From contig MU008202.1 of the NCBI GenBank assembly GCA_010909165.1, forward strand, positions 186,001-250,000: a DNA stretch of 64,000 bases, read 5' to 3'. Below are positions 49,353-62,550 of this stretch, in pieces; within the stretch, counting starts at the first letter, position 1, and every line of letters begins with the position of its first letter. This DNA is from Anthoceros angustus. Its lineage: Eukaryota; Plantae; Anthocerotophyta. The notes beneath the pieces are model-generated. The model ran no database searches and was not told the origin of the DNA. It worked only from the letters and a program-made list of their open reading frames with translations. Position numbers and translations under genes: made by a program.

Positions 49353-49599
49353 ACAACAACAACAACAACTTTGTTTAGGTCCGACATAGGATATACCGGA
49401 ACAACATCCTTATTGTTTCATAATCACTAATTTTACCTTAGATTTATTACTTTATCCAAGTAATGTATTATTGTGTACTATATGTACATATTGGAATCAC
49501 CAGGGGAAGAGCTTGTGGTCGCATGACTGCAATCTTTCTACCTAATCCAGATGAAAAAAAACTTGTTCATTCAAGCAACCAACTTGGACCCCATTCAGA

Positions 49600-51250
49600 C
49601 TTTGGTGGTATTACCACCAAAGTGATCATCCTCAACACCAAACCGTGAGCAGGCAAGTCATGAGGGCCTTGGTGGATATCGTTCAGTGTTCAAACAGTGT
49701 CCATATTTCCGATGAGGATAGCGAGCTGCTTAATGGTGATCAGCAGAGCCTCGGTTAGGTTGTAAGAGAGCAGCAAATCCAAGAGTTGAAGGTTTTGGGC
49801 TTTCCTGTTGCCATGTCTGTAAGTAGACAGACAGTGTAAACCATGTACTTAGTGTGGGAAGGCCTTTTCAGTCCTCGGCAAACGTCCTGTCAGATGGAAT
49901 CCACGTCTCCATAACAAGTTCTTTGTGGATGGATGTTTCTTCAGGTACCAGGCTGACTGTCCTTAGTGTAACTTATCCAAATTTTGCTGAGATACAGGAG
50001 CGCAGCACGGAGACGAAAGCTTGTAGGCTGGAAGTGGATTCCTGATTTAAGTGAAGTCGGCTTTTGGTGGATAGATTTGGGTAATTTAGACTCGTGACAG
50101 TATGATCATACGGTGTTGGACAGCATGAGCATACATGTGTGGGCGCGAAATGAGGCAGCAAAGTGCACATGACGGAGGCGTGCTGCGTTACAGAATTATG
50201 GCGTTTTGTGAGCGTAGAACGTTGCTGAAACATTTTGGCGATGGCAGAGGAAAAGAAGATGGCAGTTGCAGTTTCACGTGAGCTTTCTGTTGGTGCACAT
50301 GCAGCTGATCACTACCACCTCCTTCAGATTGTTACCAGTGGCGAGCCGAGAGAGTATGAACGTGAGGGGGCACCCGAAATGCTGAGCAGTCCGACGATGT
50401 GATGGTGACAACAAGCATGGAGGTCTCCCGGAGCTTCACACCTAAGACGTGCTTGGAGTAGGACTTGGGTAGCTTTCCGTGGTGCTATCGCTGAGGGATA
50501 AAGTGGTGTCATTCAATCCAGTAGGGCCCGGGTCAGATTTCTGCTTCCGGTGTGAGACGGTGGTTAAGACACTGATATATATGGCGGGAATGATCGCATC
50601 AATTTGATTCCAGGTCCGATGATAACAGCCATATGATAGATAGATAGATACATACATACATGCTTTTGTGATGCAGGTAAGAGTGTTAAGTGCAGACAGA
50701 TTCTTGTACTCACCAGTGCGTTGCATACATGTAGGCATTCGATTGTGGGATCCGGGAAGGTTGAAGGGTGGCACGTATTGATCAGTGGGGCATCGAGAGG
50801 ACTGTCCCGAATCTGTTGAGACGTTTTCGCACGGATCCGGGTCCCGGTCCCTTGCAGAGGCGGGAATGCTGAGCGTCTAATGAGAGGGCCCGGAATGCTG
50901 AATATGAGAAACCGTTACAGCCACCCAAATGAATGCACAGATTTGAGCAAAGTGGGAGGGCTGGAGGGGGGAGGCCGAGCCCTAAGCCATCAGCAGGCGG
51001 TAAGCATACATGTACAAGTACAAGCTTGGGAGTGTTGGGCCCAAGATCAAGATACGTAGCATAGCTGACACAATTGATGGGCGGTGACTCAAGAGGGCGG
51101 GCAGCATAATTGGATGTGGATGAAGTCGAGGCAGTGCAGAGTGCAATTGTGATGAGTGCAGCAGGGCACCGACGAGTGTAAGGCCGGCAGGTGAGGCAGA
51201 AACGAAGTACGAGGCTTACAGGTATGTATGTGCAATTGCGGTCTCCCATT
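49600..51250 (-). mobile_element. Possible LINE endonuclease-region relic
   Basis: LVLVHVCLPP...CIHLGGCN, TWNQIDAII and YDHTVT echo the APE-endonuclease motifs VY.P / GGDFN / TW..RID / SDH; many stops. Confidence 0.3.
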
Positions 51251-53953
51251 GGTACTTCCATGGCAGTGAATTCTTGCAGCAGTAATGGAGTTCTGGAGAG
51301 CCATGTACATATGTGGTGCAGTGAGTGGAAATGGACATTTGGAGGTAGTGGCAGGGAAGGGTGGTGAGCTGGAGGTGGAGGTGGAGCTGGGCCCCGTTGG
51401 CGGTACCGGTGTCGGTCCCGGGCCAGGGCCAGCGTACTGGTACTGGCACTGGCAACTGTGGCGGGACGCGGGAGCGGCAGAGATTTTTTATGAGGGGCGT
51501 GCTGGTGCTGGTGCTGGTGCTGGTGCTGATGCTGGTGCTGGTGCTGGGCCTTGGCCAGGGCCTGCCCATGGGTGGCCTATACCAGTCCGACTGCAATGGG
51601 CCGTCAGCTTTGGGAGGCACGGCTCGGCCCGATTGGGGCTGCGGGCGAGAGTCAGGCTTTTTAAAGCTTTGCAGCAATGCACTGCCACCGACCCACCCAC
51701 CCGCCTCCCATCCCCATTGGTGGAGCAGGTGCAGCCTGCTGCGAGGCTATGTAATTGTAATGTAGTGGGGTACGAGTGTGGAGTGTGGAATAATTGGGAG
51801 TTCCGAGTCCGAGTCCGAATCCGAGTCCGTTCCCGTTGGCCGTTGGCCTAGGACCTAGGTCGTTTTTACCGCCAGCCTGCCGGGGACATGGCTCCTTTTC
51901 CCAGTGCCGGGGCCCGGTGGTGTGTGAATGATTCAGGGGCTGGCAAATGGTAGGTGGTGCTGAGCTTTGATGGAGCAATTAATGTCGCTGGGAAAGGAGT
52001 CCCAATTATGCACCAGGCCCCGTGGTGGGTAACTTTCACAAAGCCTGTGGGCGGGAACTGTGCTGCCGTTTGGTGGACAGAGGAGAATGCAGTGGTTCGA
52101 AGCATCATCCCTTTCCCTTTCCCTTTCCTCTCCCTTTCCTCCGACCCATCTCCGTGGTGGTGTGCGAAGTACGAGCCTGGTGTTTGCCCTGTGTTGGGTT
52201 CCGCTTTGCCCTTGAAGGGCCGGGCATTGCCTTGCGTAGGGCGGGCCGAGGGCACGGCGTTTGATGGAGGAGTGAAGTCGCGTGAGGTGGGTTGTCCTGG
52301 GTTGTCCTTGCAAGAGCCAAAAAGCAACGAGTCGTGCAGTGCAGAATCCAATCCTGCACGAAATGCGACGAAGCCTGGGGCTGCGTGGTCCCCCTCGGAA
52401 GATGGGGGGCAATTGCTTGAGTTCGAATTGGGCGATCTCGGATGTGTTAATGCATATGAAGAATGATTTAGAAATTGGGTTTTGTTGTCGGCATTCCACG
52501 CACCGTCACCTTGCGACAAACCACTGTGGCCGTGCCGGGTCAGACAGTATCTACAATACGTGAGAGTATGAGAGGGACAAAACAAGAGGTGCAGTGCGCA
52601 TTGCTGGCCACGGCAGTCCCAGTCCCAGTTCCAGTCCCAGTCCCACTGCGGAGATGCCTCTCCATTTCATTAGTCCGGGGCTTCATTTCATTTGGCAATG
52701 AGTCGCAGCCTGGTGTTAGTGCAGTCTACATGACACCACGTTCTCAACGACGAAACAAGACGCCCCGGCCCGCCCCGACTGCGATCATGCGCAAGTGTGC
52801 CGTGGGCGAGTTGGGTGCCTGCGTCGCTGCATGATTGTGATGGAGAGCTCGCAATGCGGATGACGATGCAGTTGCAGGGTGCAGGGTGCAGGGTGCAGGG
52901 TGCAGGCTGTTGCTGCAGCCTGCAGCCTGCAGCGGGCTCTTTTGTCCATTTTGCATCAGAGTGTCACTCACCCATCACCCACACTGGTTTCCCGTGGGAA
53001 AAGCCAGCCCAGCTCAGCCCGGCCAGCTGGGCCGACTGTGGCAGGAGTGGGACTCGTCCTACGCTAGTGCACAGCACGCACGCACAGTCGCACACGCAGC
53101 AACAGCGTTTGCTCGCCTTCACACAGCCAGGCACAGGGCTGGGCTCTTCGCTGTTCTTTCCTTCCCGTTCCTTGACGTGGGGAGTGGAGTGGAGTGGAGT
53201 GGAGTGGGGTGGGGTGGGGGTCAAGTCAGTCAAGTAAACCGCGGGGTTGGCACGTTGGCACAGCTGGGATGAAGGAAGAAGACGCTGCAAGAAGCTGTGA
53301 CGTTGTGGGCTGGGCTGGGCTGTACCGGCTCCGGCTGGGGGAAGTCCGGCTGAGCTCACCATGATTTTGGCACCATCACACCCTCTCTCTCTCTCTCTCT
53401 CAGATGGGCGAATGGCATGCAGAGACGCAGCGCACTCATGAATGCCCTCCAGCGCACAACACCACACCACACCACACTACAATGCCCAATTCCGCGCAGC
53501 TTCCCCCGCTCAACTTACTTAACCAAGAGAAATAGAAATTGGTTAGTTAACAGGAAGAAGGAAGCGGGCAGGTGAGGAGCGGCCTCCAAGCTCCAGGCCC
53601 CATGGCCGGGGAAGGATCACACTCACACCTCACACGCGACGCGGTGGCGTGCCACCTCCTCCTACGAACCCCGCCATTATCCTTACCACTGAATGAGTCA
53701 CATTGGCAACTTCCGAGCTTCCAACCCGACCCGACTCCTTCCGACTCTGCATCTGCACTACCGACGACTACAGGGCAGTACATGCCTGTCTGCCTGCGAC
53801 AGGGATGTGACTTGTCACCGGCTCAAAGGGACATGCAAATCTTGACTGTTAGTGTCAAGTTGGCACGCAACGCAACTTGGCCAGCCGAGCTCCAACCCCA
53901 AGTCCACGAAACTCCTCCATCCATCGTCTGAATAGAACGACTTACTTTTTCCT

Positions 53954-53989
<36 letters not shown>

Positions 53990-55736
53990 TATTTCGTCCT
54001 TGCTTCCTTCCTCCTTCATCCCTTCCTCCCTTCCTCCCTTCCTGCCTTCTGTTGAGTTGCGCTATGAACGCGGACGGCGTCGCGTCTCGTGTCGTCTCGC
54101 CAGCTGCGTGTGGGTGCGTGTGTGGCATATTCCGGATGCTACAGCCAAAATGGATTGGATTAAGTTACGGCTCCACAGCGGCAGGTGGGGTCGATGGATG
54201 CGGCACGGCACTCCGGGCTGCCCAAAAACAGCCTCGCCGTGCTAGTTTAGGGCACGATGCGTGGGCGAGTTTTTGGCGTGACAAACGTGCACTCACACTC
54301 TTCCATCCTACTGTACCCGGCATCCGGCATCCGCTTAACCGCTAACTGCCACAGTCCTAACCCGAGAGGAGAGGGGAAGAGAGGACACAAGGGTAGGGAT
54401 AGATAGAGGGATCGGGAATCGGGGATCGGAGCGGAGCGGAACATAGAAGGAAGGGAGGAAGGAAGATCAGACCCGCCACGCGTTTTCATGCGACTGCGGC
54501 GTGGTCCCGCACTCCGGCTGAGACCCGGCCACCGGACTCGGCCTCGGCCTCGGATTCCGACTCCGACTCCAACTCCGACTCGGACTGGGACTGGGACTGG
54601 GACTGCCAGTCTGGGGGAACTCGGACATGGCCGCTTCGACACCCCCGGCTGCCGCACCGGCACCGCCGATGCGCGCAGTTTCTAAAAAGATCCTTACGGG
54701 CCTGGGCCTCCTCCACTCCACTCGGTAATACGATACCAAGTGTATGTATCTTGCCCGTGGATATGTGGCTGGCCCTCGGCCGCTCCCGCCGGCTGTCCCG
54801 AGGTGTCAGCAGCGCGGAGGAAATGGGGGAAGGGATTCCAATTTCCGACCATTTTGTATGCTCGTCACGCTCGTCTCATGTGACCGCCGGAGACCTTCAC
54901 ATGCGGACTCTGTCAAGTCCCAGGCTCTCCGGACCGGCTCTGCTGTTTTTAAACCCGCTTCGCATTCGTCATACTCCCGCGGCCCGCCAATGGACTCGGG
55001 ACTCTTGCTTCCTCTGCGAGCAACAGTTGGCAGCACCACCTGCTGCCACTTTCGCAAACGCCACACAATCAAAAGCCAAAGGGAAAAAGGCAAAGGCGGC
55101 AGACTAGGTACTCCAAGGCGGGCTGGGCTGGCCTGGGCTGGGCTGGCCTGGCCTACACAAATCAATCCCTCGCATGCAATCAAGGCAGCCCATGCTGCAG
55201 TGCAGTGTTAACAACAACAACATCCCATCCCATCCCATCCTGTGACTGTGAGTGAGTATGCTAATCTTACAAAAGCAAAAATACAACATGCAGCTCTCAT
55301 CAGTCCTGACTGACACTTGGGAGTCACCTCCACCTCTAATTACAAGACTGCAATCAATCATCATAACAATTGTTTTTTCTCTCATCTCTCTCCTAGCCAG
55401 CTAAATGCACTGGCTCTCTCGCTATGTGCGTTAACCCCTACTTCTACTTGTACCTCTCTCGCTACTCTCTATCGTCTGTCTGCTGTCTGTCTGTCTGTCT
55501 GTCTGAAGATATCGTGTGTCATCCAAAATTTGGCTGTGGCGCCTACCTAGCTCAGCTACATGGAAACATACGTGTGCAACTTCTCCCCCAACAACTATAG
55601 CTCTAGCTAGGTGGCACTCTCGCTTTTCCTCCGCAGTCTTCACGTCCTTCTCTTTCTCTCCTTCGCTCCGACTTTACAAAAGAACCCAACTACACAACGT
55701 CATATGACCCAGACACCAACTACCTCCCTTCCGCCC

Positions 55737-55793
55737 CTACACCCTAACTCTGTAATCCGCTTCCTGGAGGTATGACATGCTGCTATGTTGCTG

Positions 55794-55832
<39 letters not shown>

Positions 55833-57221
55833 AGCCAGCTCCGACAGTTCCTTCTGCCTTCGCATTTCAAGAATCTTCTTGTGAGAGTTGGAATGCTTCT
55901 CGTTCACATAGCCCGGACTCCCAGCAGGCCTGTACTCGGGCAGCAGCCTGCCAGACTTGTACCTCACTCCGCAGGCGTTGCACAATGTCTTGGGTCCCAT
56001 AGGCCCTGTTCTCCACTGCGGGGTGCGCTGCGTTTGACAATGCATGCACCTCCTGGGCTGCATCACATCCTGCCCCTTCTTGCCGCCCCCGCACTTCTTG
56101 TACGTCTGTGTCTGTTTCCGAACCGACAGCGACTCCTCTCCGTCAACATCACCTTCATCCTCCTCCTCCTCCTCCTCCTCCTCTTCTTGATCAGACGAAA
56201 ACACGTCCGTATCACCAGAAAGTACAGGCGACAGAGCCCGGGCCGGGCTGCGGCTGCTGCCCTTGCCCACCTCGCACCTCTTATTGCTCTTGTTGTGGGA
56301 GTAGGACTCCAGCGTGTCCGCCGAGGAAGAGGAAGACAAAATGGTGGACGTCCACACCCGCGGACCCGCTCGAGACCGCTTGGTCCGGGGCCGCCCGCGC
56401 ACAGACAGCTCAGGGTACTCGCTCGTCGCCCTGCCCGAACTCGCACTGCTCTCCAAAACCGAATTCGGGCTCCCGCTCCGGAATTGCTCCTTGCTGGAGC
56501 TCGCCTCTACTTGCTTCTCATGCTTGTTGTTGCTTTGGCTCTGACAGCCGAACGCGCTGCCGGTGGCCACACTTCTGAACGTCTCACAGCTGGCCGACAG
56601 GGCAACAAATGGTTCTTCGTGCACAAAGTTGGAGAGCCACTCCAACTCCTCTAGGTCATCACACTGCCAGACCACACACCACCAACAACCACTCTAAGCA
56701 AACCAACTCCACCTCAGCCTCCTTCTCCCGAGCAAATACCAAGTTTCAAGCCCATGTCTCGAGCCACAACCACATAATACAGGAAGAGACATAGAAGAAG
56801 CATCAAGAAGGAATAGAATGACATACAATGGCATGACATATTCACAAGGAAAGTGGACGGGACGAGACGGGACGGTGCTTACAGGCACACACAAGTCGTC
56901 CGAGCCCTTGCGAGTGTCCCCGTCTAAAACATTGGGGTATCTGCATCTGTCACCGGTTCCGGTACCCGACGAGGTGCAACTCACTGTCTCAATGGTGGAC
57001 AGGGAGGAGTCGCCGGTGTCGTCCGACAATTGCATCCCAATGGGACCGGCGATGTCCTCGTTGGAGAAGTCCAGCAAGTCATCTATCTGGAACGCCATTT
57101 CCGCAATGCTACCCCCCTCGAACTCTGCTGCTGCTGCTGCTGCTGCTGCCTTGCTAACCTGCTTTTTCATTTCAGCAGCGTAGAGCGTGGTGGAGACATC
57201 CGTGCCACCGCCAAGAGCCAT
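55737..57221 (-). CDS. GATA transcription factor (class A), exons 57221-56883 and 56663-55737
   Basis: [15 protein letters not shown]|[22 protein letters not shown], zinc finger [41 protein letters not shown]; polyA, polyE and polyQ tracts. Confidence 0.97.
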
Positions 57222-60018
57222 GAGCTGCAAGCTAGCTAGCTATGCCGGCCTCGCACTCGCTGCCCCACTTGCTCGCGGCCTTCTTCCTTCTTTTCTCCCT
57301 GCAGCTGCCGCCCGCGCGGCTCGTCGTGCTACACCCTAAGCCCTGCCAGACTCCTTCCTCAACACCGCGCAGCAGCTGCTACAGCCTTGTGTGCAGAATT
57401 TTCCTGCACGGCACACACATGGTCTCAGTACGCAGGCCTTACAAAGAAGCAAGTCTAGCAGCTTCTTGCAGTTACATGCATGCCTCGGGGCTATCAATGT
57501 GGAGGTGGTTCATGTGCGCGATGAAAGCCAGTTTAAGAGGTGACGCGGGTGTCAACCTGCTGAGCAGGAGGCATGAAAAGGCAGGCAGGCAGTCGCAATT
57601 GGCCCCCTCTGTCGCGCAGCAACAGCAGCAGCAGCAGCAGCACCGTTGCACCAGCTCCAGCTGCACTTCCAGCCTCAGCTGACACGGGAAATTGCGCACC
57701 AAAACAGAAAGCGCGGCGTTCGAGAGTGAAATTCCGCGGAAAATGCGAGCGGAAAATTTCCTCTGCCTCGCAGCTGCCGCAACAAGAGGCTGCAACGCAA
57801 GCAACAAGTCCAGGCAAGCCAGCGGGAAATTTGCAACACGCACAAGCTCAAGCTCCACAAGCTTGACAAGGCAGGAATGCAAGAGCAGCCTCAATTCTTC
57901 CTTCCCTCCTTCCTTCTTCCTTCTCCCTTCCCTTCTTCCTTCTTCCTTCTTCCTTCTTCCTTCCCTTCCCCTCCCTTTCTTGCTAGCTTCCGGCCGAGGC
58001 CGGATTGGCTTGGAGTCACTCACTCAGGCAGGCAGGCGCTGAGCTCGGCGCGGTGCAAACGAAGGAGGTCCTCGGCAGGCAAGCGGGAGGAGGAATTGCA
58101 AGAGCTCTTTGAGGTGGCGGAGGAGGAGGCACGAGTGGAGGGGCCCGAGGAGGAGGAGGAGCAGCGGGGGGCAAGCAAGGGGCGGGGCCAGCAGGGGAGA
58201 AAGCCACAAGGTGACGGGGATGGAGAGCAACAGCGGGCTTAGGTAGAGAAGGCGGGGGAGGAGGAGGAGGAGGTGGAGGAGGAGGAGCTACAGGAGGAGG
58301 CGCGAGCATTTAGTGGGAGAGAGGGCGGGGCGTGGGCGCACGCTTAGGCGGCCATGCCCATGTCCGCAGTCCAGTGCTGCACCTCAAGCCCGACTCCTGC
58401 GCTGCCGCCAACCACCCACGCAAGCAGCGAGCAGCGAGAGCTGGGACCGAGCTCAACTCGAGGCTAGCCGCGGGGGGAGCAAGGCACAGGCAGACCAAGG
58501 CAGAGGCAACAAAAGCAAACACAAGCACAAACCCGAGGGCGAAGGCGGGCAAAGGGGGCCCGGCAGCGGCAGCGGCAGCCCAGGGAGCGGGAGCAGCGGG
58601 GGCAGGCAGCGGGCAGGCACTAGCGTTCCTGAGCTTGCCTCGTGCTGGCTGGCAACCACATTCGATGCGCATGGGCTGGGCAAGCTCAGGCCTGGCCAGG
58701 CCAGTGACCAGTCCATGCCCAGGCCCAGGACCAGGACCAGCCCAGGGCCCAGGGCCCAGGGCCCGAATTGAAACTTAACTGCGGTCTGCAGTCACAGTGC
58801 AGTCGGCACAGTCGGCAACCCGGGACCCGGAACCCGGGACCCGGGCCCCGGGCCCCGGGCCCCCCGGTTTTACTGCGGCCGCGTCTCCCGTGACGAATTA
58901 AACCACGGTGCGGCCCCCGGGCAGGGCCTGGTGGCCTGGTGGCCTGGACTGGACTGGCCTGGCCTGGCCTGTCAGCCTGTGTCCGTCCGTTTGGACGCGG
59001 CAGTTAAGCGTGCCGTTAAGGCCCACGGTATCAACGGGGCCCCGTCGGGGATCGGGCCTCTCATTTCTCGTGCCGGCAACCTTGACTCGTCCCACGCTCC
59101 TGCCTCCGTCTCTACGACTTGATTCAACCACAAACTCCGTTTTCTCTTCCACACTTATTATTGCCTCACTCTAATTGTTTAGTACCTACGCAAACGCGGT
59201 ACCTACGCAAAGGCTCTACCATCAATTATTCCAATCCCGCTCAACCATCGGACGTTACGTACAAGAAGTCACCCTGGGTATACACACACTTATCCACCTT
59301 CATTACTTATCCACTCAACTTTAAGTAAGTCTAATTTATCTTCTATTATTAACTATTCAGATGACTCTCTCTCATTTGGCATAACCCTCTCTCGAATCTA
59401 AAAGCAATCTTGCAAGTGTGTGTCAGAATGCAGAATGCGGACGTGCAGATATTATTATGCGAGTGCGCCTGCACCTCCTACCGGGAGTCCTTTCCCTCTA
59501 TCTTCCGCTCGCGTACTTTTTCACGTTATCGTCCTTTGCTTTGTTCGACATTCATTTAGATTGTATGCGAATTCAAGAGCACATGCGACAAGCACTGCAA
59601 CCATTTCACCATGCACGGTCCTCCCGCCTCCACTTATGAAAGATTCGATGCATTTCCTCATCGTGCACATCTCTTGATGCCTCTTTCATTGAAAGTACGT
59701 AAGTACTTATTTGTTTCATCAGGAAACTTTATTTTTTAAGAGTGGCTTTTACACCCTTGCTACATACTGTCATTGCAACGACGTGACACTTTATTGGATG
59801 CCTCTACAGTGCCTCTATGTACATATCCATCTTTGGAATTTCATGCTTCTTATACATATATAACTTAAGTATAATCAAGAGGTAATAAGTTTTTGGATTA
59901 CAATCAGACCGCAGAAACCATTTGTACCTTTTACCTCAGTATGAATATTTTGATCATATGTAAAAAGATATTAACAAACTATGCATTACTCTTCAAGCTC
60001 TTCATTTATCAAGGGATA

Positions 60019-60090
60019 GAAGAAAAAGAAGAAGAAATATTTTAAAGTCCACTAAAGACGAATGGCGTCATGGCCCTGAAATATGACAAG
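60019..60090 (-). mobile_element. Retroposon 3' end of the same family as 29883-30047
   Basis: Reverse complement reads CCATGACG..TTAGTGGACTTTAAAATA(TTC)n. Confidence 0.45.
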
Positions 60091-62335
60091 TACAAAGATA
60101 ATGATAAAAATTTCTGGACTAGACTAGAGCTAAAACTCAAAAAAAAAAAAAAATTGAACAATTAATCGATGATGTCTATGAAATTGCTTAAACGGGGATC
60201 AAACACCGTCAATTCATCTCCACAGAAAAAAACCACTTAACCTCCAACTCGTGCAACTCTGAAAGCAGGTAAGTTCTCTTTATTAGATTTCCACAGTCGC
60301 GGTGTAAGATCCTCATGATATACAATTGAGTTGCCTGTTACGTAGGCCTTGCCTTCCTAACTACAGCCAATCAACCGTAAAGCAGAAATTGATGTGCGCT
60401 CAAGGTCACTCAAGGCTCAAGCGAAGGAAACTAGTCACTCCAAACCTTCTCAAGAAAAAGAAACTTTTCACTCCAAATCCTCTCGAGAGAAGATACTATT
60501 CATTCCAAATTAGCCCACAATCTTCAAGATGGAACAAGTTGTTTATTCCTATAGTCCAAAATCTCCGAGATAGAAAACAAGGCTTCTTTGGTACAATTTT
60601 AGGATCATAACCAGTTGTCTGCGAATGCAACTCACAAGCACATGCTCACATGGTGATGCATATAAGCAACACGAGTGTTGTACATTCTAATTAACATCAC
60701 TTCACACGATTCGAGATTAGGACACAAGTTATCACAGCTTGCCCTCAAGCCTATTTCGATACCCGGTCAGCTGAAAAACCATATGCTAAGAGCCAATAAC
60801 AAATGAAATAGATTGTCTTATCACTGTGGTACAGCTAATTGCTACAAGTACCAATCCCAAGATGCCTTCAACGTTCACAAGATTCTTTCCTGCTTGTACG
60901 ACGTTTTTCCAAACTTCAAATGTTAACTTTCACAGTCTCTAGCACTTCCTTTGGTTGCAATATATAACGCGTAATTTTTTGGAATCATGCATTGTTCATG
61001 AACTTCTGACCTTTTGTCAAACGGAGAAAGCTAAAATGTTACAACAACATCCTTGCCTCATACACCAAAAGTTTTAGGAAACACATTCTGTTGCTCCTGC
61101 TTATTAACAAAACCATACTCCACAAGATGCTTTGTGTCAAAATTTTGTTGATAATTATAATCACTTGCTGCTGATTGTAAAATTCAGCCTGCTGCTCCTA
61201 GTACTATACCCTCTTCCATTCTTCCTCCTTCTACCGAAATAGCTTTGAAACTCTTTAAAGTACCAATCGTTATTGTTGTAGTTGATACGATAAATATCTT
61301 GTCACTTTTAATGATCAAGTCCTTCAGCCTCAGCATTGGTTTTGTATCTCTTGTCCTCAATCTTGCGTAATCTACCGTAGTTTCTTGCTCAATCTTTCAT
61401 TACGGGTGCACAATCAGCACCAGCATTTTCAGCAATCATGAAATCACAAGCTATTCTCTACAGTTCTTGCTAACTAAGAATAAACCCTAAACTATCACAT
61501 TTAACTTTGCTAATCTTTATGTGATCACATCTGTTCACACTGTACGGCATATCTATGCAGCATTAACAAAATCTAGAATCTAAATTCCCAGCATTACACA
61601 TGCTCATGTATTGTATTATACAAGCTATTACTAAAATGTGACACCCATGCTCATCTTTTATTAATTGTACTTCACCATTCGTGACTTTACTTAGAGGTGT
61701 TCCCAATATGAAGAATGGTTGTTATAACCAACTCTTACAACTAATAATTAACTCTAACCTTTATAATTAAATTAAAAATTAAAAATTAAAACCTAATAAA
61801 GTAAAGGACTAACGTGATGAATGGTGCCCTGTTTTAATCTTAGTATTTTCTTTGTGATCTAGAAATCTTTCCAGACATTTATAGAACACTTTATTTGTGA
61901 TCTAGTTAACTTTTGAGAAATGAGACAACACCAACTTGCTTTGAGCACGACCATTAGACTCTCGAAGTCTTCAGTACTTATGCTGTACTTGCACTTTTTT
62001 ATTCCTCATCAAATTATTATATAACAAGTTTTAATAAAATCAATTATTTCAAATAAAATTCTGAATGAAAAAAAATGTAGAGATAATACGTATTTAATAA
62101 TACTTATTTTATGGAGCAGATACTGAGGCATGGAATAGTTTGCTAACTACGAGATGTTACAAGGTGTATGAGATGTTACAAGTTGTATGTGGGTATATTG
62201 TAGAGCGCTTTTTCAGCGGAGCCAGGGTGGGCGGTTTACGGGAAAGTTCCAGTGTTCCAGTGTTCCAGTCTCCAGTCCGGACGGGGACGCGGTTTGGGTA
62301 CGTACCTGCATAGGTTGGGCGCCGGGGTGTGGGGC

Positions 62336-62550
62336 CACGTGAAAGAGCGTGCACAATGTATTATCTGGGGAGTTTCCCGGACGCCACGTGTCGGGGTTGC
62401 GGCGGCGGGTCGCTCTGTTTCGCTTTCAAACTGTAGAAATATCGCGCCAGTCGCGTCCAGGAAAGGGCGGCGAGAGGATGCCGTGTAGCACTTTGCATTG
62501 CATGCGGCATGGAGGCATCCATGCATGTATGGCATGGCAAGTTGGCATGG
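62336..62550. promoter_or_regulatory. ABRE/G-box plus RY-motif cluster
   Basis: CACGTG at 62336 and 62385 (GCCACGTGTC); TGCATG/CATGCA at ~62499 and 62520 in a CATG-dense tract. Confidence 0.35.

Noticed and set aside
51216-55700. Many 100-240 aa ORFs
   Set aside because: Low-complexity dipeptide runs produced by microsatellites in GC-rich DNA, overlapping in all frames
60140-60255. Possible second tRNA-derived SINE (B-box-like GGTGTTTGATCCCC on the minus strand next to an A13 run)
   Set aside because: Too degenerate; no TSD or second copy found
60300-62150. AT-rich stretch suspected to be an LTR-retrotransposon relic
   Set aside because: No LTR pair, primer-binding site or gag/pol motif could be identified
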